Of a stretch of DNA of 64,000 nt, positions 63,883-64,000 are shown one piece after another. The DNA lies in the IMG/VR virus record IMGVR_UViG_3300021091_000027, positions 47,052 through 111,051 of that record; one strand, written 5' to 3'. Each line of letters opens with the position of its first letter. The stretch's first letter is position 1. The notes beneath the pieces are model-generated. The model saw only the letters and a list, made by a program, of their open reading frames with translations. It was not told the origin of the DNA and ran no database searches. Position numbers and translations under genes: made by a program. The stretch comes from a virus.

Positions 63883-64000
63883 CTCGACTATGCGAGTATA
63901 AACGTTAGACAAGGGTCTAAGGTCATAGTACATCCCACATAGATCAGCAGGTCTGTGTGGGTGTGGGTTTTTAATCCCACTTCAGCTGAAGACCTAACCC
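63883..64000 (+). ncRNA. Pistol-scaffold-derived structured RNA (non-canonical; may run past the window end)
   Basis: 22-nt block identical to the pistol 5' half, retained CAUAGU pseudoknot partner, additional hairpins; lacks the GCG and GU core. Confidence 0.55.

Noticed and set aside
63986-64000. CUGAAGA hammerhead core
   Set aside because: The matching GAAA and stems would lie beyond the window, so it cannot be supported here
1-64000. Stop-codon reassignment, inteins/introns in polA, nrdJ or terL, tRNA genes, and a specific host assignment
   Set aside because: Core genes are full-length and contiguous in the standard code, no cloverleafs were seen, and nothing in the window identifies the host reliably

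Overview
This 64-kb window is part of a large tailed-phage (jumbo-like) genome read with the standard genetic code. I found no tRNA, rRNA or CRISPR array. From left to right it holds: (1) 1-9 kb, virion/tail-like genes, including three apparent paralogues, a protein with ~15% Cys and a glycosyltransferase-like gene; (2) 9-13 kb, a minus-strand cluster rich in K-x-A motifs; (3) a Zn-finger 890-aa protein and a GpA-type large terminase; (4) 18.8-34.5 kb, a replication/recombination block (SbcD/SbcC, SF2 helicase, DnaB-like helicase, primase, ClpS, UDG-like::PolA fusion, putative SSB, RecA/UvsX); (5) a DUF1599-like gene, a degenerate ThiF protein, a tail-fibre-like gene, class II RNR (NrdJ), a GIY-YIG nuclease with 13 x 51-bp repeats, GroES, RuvC, a MoxR-like ATPase/vWA pair, an ankyrin protein, a putative portal and a trypsin-like lipoprotein; (6) 60-64 kb, an accessory region built from repeated promoter/leader/small-gene cassettes. 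The most notable signal is in that last region. A near-textbook pistol self-cleaving ribozyme (62636-62712) lies directly upstream of a terminator-bounded, pseudoknotted RNA. A second element (from 63883) keeps the identical pistol P1/pseudoknot scaffold but has lost the catalytic core. Each follows a membrane-protein gene, and those two genes share the same 5' leader hairpin. All calls come from manual motif reading; no searches were run.
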